A stretch of 64,000 bases of DNA from Bacteroidia bacterium (GTDB lineage: Bacteria > Bacteroidota > Bacteroidia > NS11-12g > UBA9320): NCBI GenBank assembly GCA_016779945.1, contig JADHMR010000002.1, positions 2,083-66,082 on the forward strand. Reading direction: 5' to 3'. Positions 63,396 through 64,000 of the stretch are shown in pieces (within the stretch, counting starts at the first letter, position 1; each line of letters starts with the position of its first letter). A model generated the notes under the pieces. The model saw only the letters and a list, made by a program, of their open reading frames with translations, searched no databases and was not told where the DNA came from. The translations under genes were made by a program, and so were the position numbers.

Positions 63396-64000
63396 TTGAA
63401 AAAGTTAATTTCGATCATATTCCTTCTTACTTCATTTTTACTGCAAGGTCAATCATTGGATCAGAAACTGATTACCCTAAATTTCTCAGGAAATCTAGTT
63501 TCATTATTGGATACAATTGAAACCCGTTTTGACGTAAATGTAAATTACAAATTACAATTTGTTGAAAACAAGAGCATTACGTTAAATTGTATTGATGAGT
63601 CGCTTCCAAACATTCTTAAAATTATAGAAGATAAATGCGATTTATCATATCATGTTTTAGATCAGACATCTATCTCTTTTTATCCTATTCAAAAGCATAT
63701 CATTTCGGGGATCGTAGTTGAATCAGGTTCATCTGAACGAATATCAGATGCGATTATTAAGTTAAACAATACAACTTTTACCAAGTCAGATGAATTGGGA
63801 ATGTTTCAAATTTCAGTTCCTAATCGACAAATTACGTTAGATGTTTATCATCCAAGTCACCAAATCAATAATATCCAAATAAAAGTTAATCAAAATCAAT
63901 ATTTAATCATCCGATTAAAAGAGGTTGATGATTTAGCTGTTGTTGAGATAAACAGCCAAGAGATAAATTCTAATCAATTAAAAGATTATGAAGAAACAAA
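63396..64000 (+). CDS. SusC-like TonB-dependent transporter with N-terminal STN signalling domain, 5' part only (runs off the right edge)
   Basis: Not in the ORF track (no stop). TTG 63396 gives MKKLISIIFLLTSFLLQGQS. STN-like ITLNFSGNLVSLLDTIETRFDVNVNY...LPNILKIIEDKCDLSYHVLDQTSISF, then CarboxypepD_reg-like ISGIVVESGSSERISDAIIKLNNTTFTKSDELGMFQISVP. Confidence 0.75.
   Translation, partial: MKKLISIIFLLTSFLLQGQSLDQKLITLNFSGNLVSLLDTIETRFDVNVNYKLQFVENKSITLNCIDESLPNILKIIEDKCDLSYHVLDQTSISFYPIQKHIISGIVVESGSSERISDAIIKLNNTTFTKSDELGMFQISVPNRQITLDVYHPSHQINNIQIKVNQNQYLIIRLKEVDDLAVVEINSQEINSNQLKDYEET

Noticed and set aside
1-64000. CRISPR arrays, transposases/IS elements, integrases, prophage genes, toxin-antitoxin or known defence-system genes
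   Set aside because: I looked for regularly spaced direct repeats, DDE/tyrosine-recombinase motifs and typical defence domains in all listed ORFs and found none. The many short antisense ORFs nested in large genes (for example 6197..6400, 13356..13900, 16134..16397, 26252..26599, 29504..30251) are treated as non-coding shadows.

Overview
AT-rich chromosomal segment of a marine-type Bacteroidota genome, Flavobacteriia-like. The phylum call rests on T9SS type A and type B C-terminal sorting domains, SusC/SusD pairs, TAnnTTTG -7 promoter boxes and parA-parB-DUF5683 synteny. All calls come from reading the six-frame track and the DNA by eye; no searches were run. Left to right: a truncated crtY head-to-head with a leaderless DTE proteorhodopsin; umuDC; a three-gene GDP-heptose cassette (hddA-hddC-gmhB); a 1198-aa T9SS type-B adhesin; rsmG plus a GT2; and a tRNA Ser-Arg-Pro operon. 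A ~15 kb accessory block follows. It holds a multidomain CotH/lamin-tail protein, the C-terminal stump of a cobW-like gene, and a six-gene PUL with no regulator: SusC, SusD, a PKD-CBM lipoprotein, a Cys-rich tandem-module protein, GH5-CBM6x2 and GH30. The rest is mostly housekeeping: rmuC, tsaC, a sigma-54 response regulator, rnpB, glmM, mlaEF, an S46 peptidase, fabI, kdsA, parAB, hbd, a cold-shock protein, DPP-IV, two ABC-F ATPases, ribBA, an FKBP, pepE and tRNA-Cys. Interspersed are further T9SS cargo genes and a terminator-insulated two-gene cassette of unknown function. The right edge opens an ECF sigma / anti-sigma / STN-SusC signalling locus. No CRISPR array, transposase, integrase, rRNA or recognisable defence system was seen. 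The best candidates for new biology are the non-canonical beta-glucan-type PUL apparently inserted into the cobW-like gene, its uncharacterised six-cysteine tandem module, and the neighbouring CotH-LTD secreted protein. All functional claims need HMM or structure searches to confirm.
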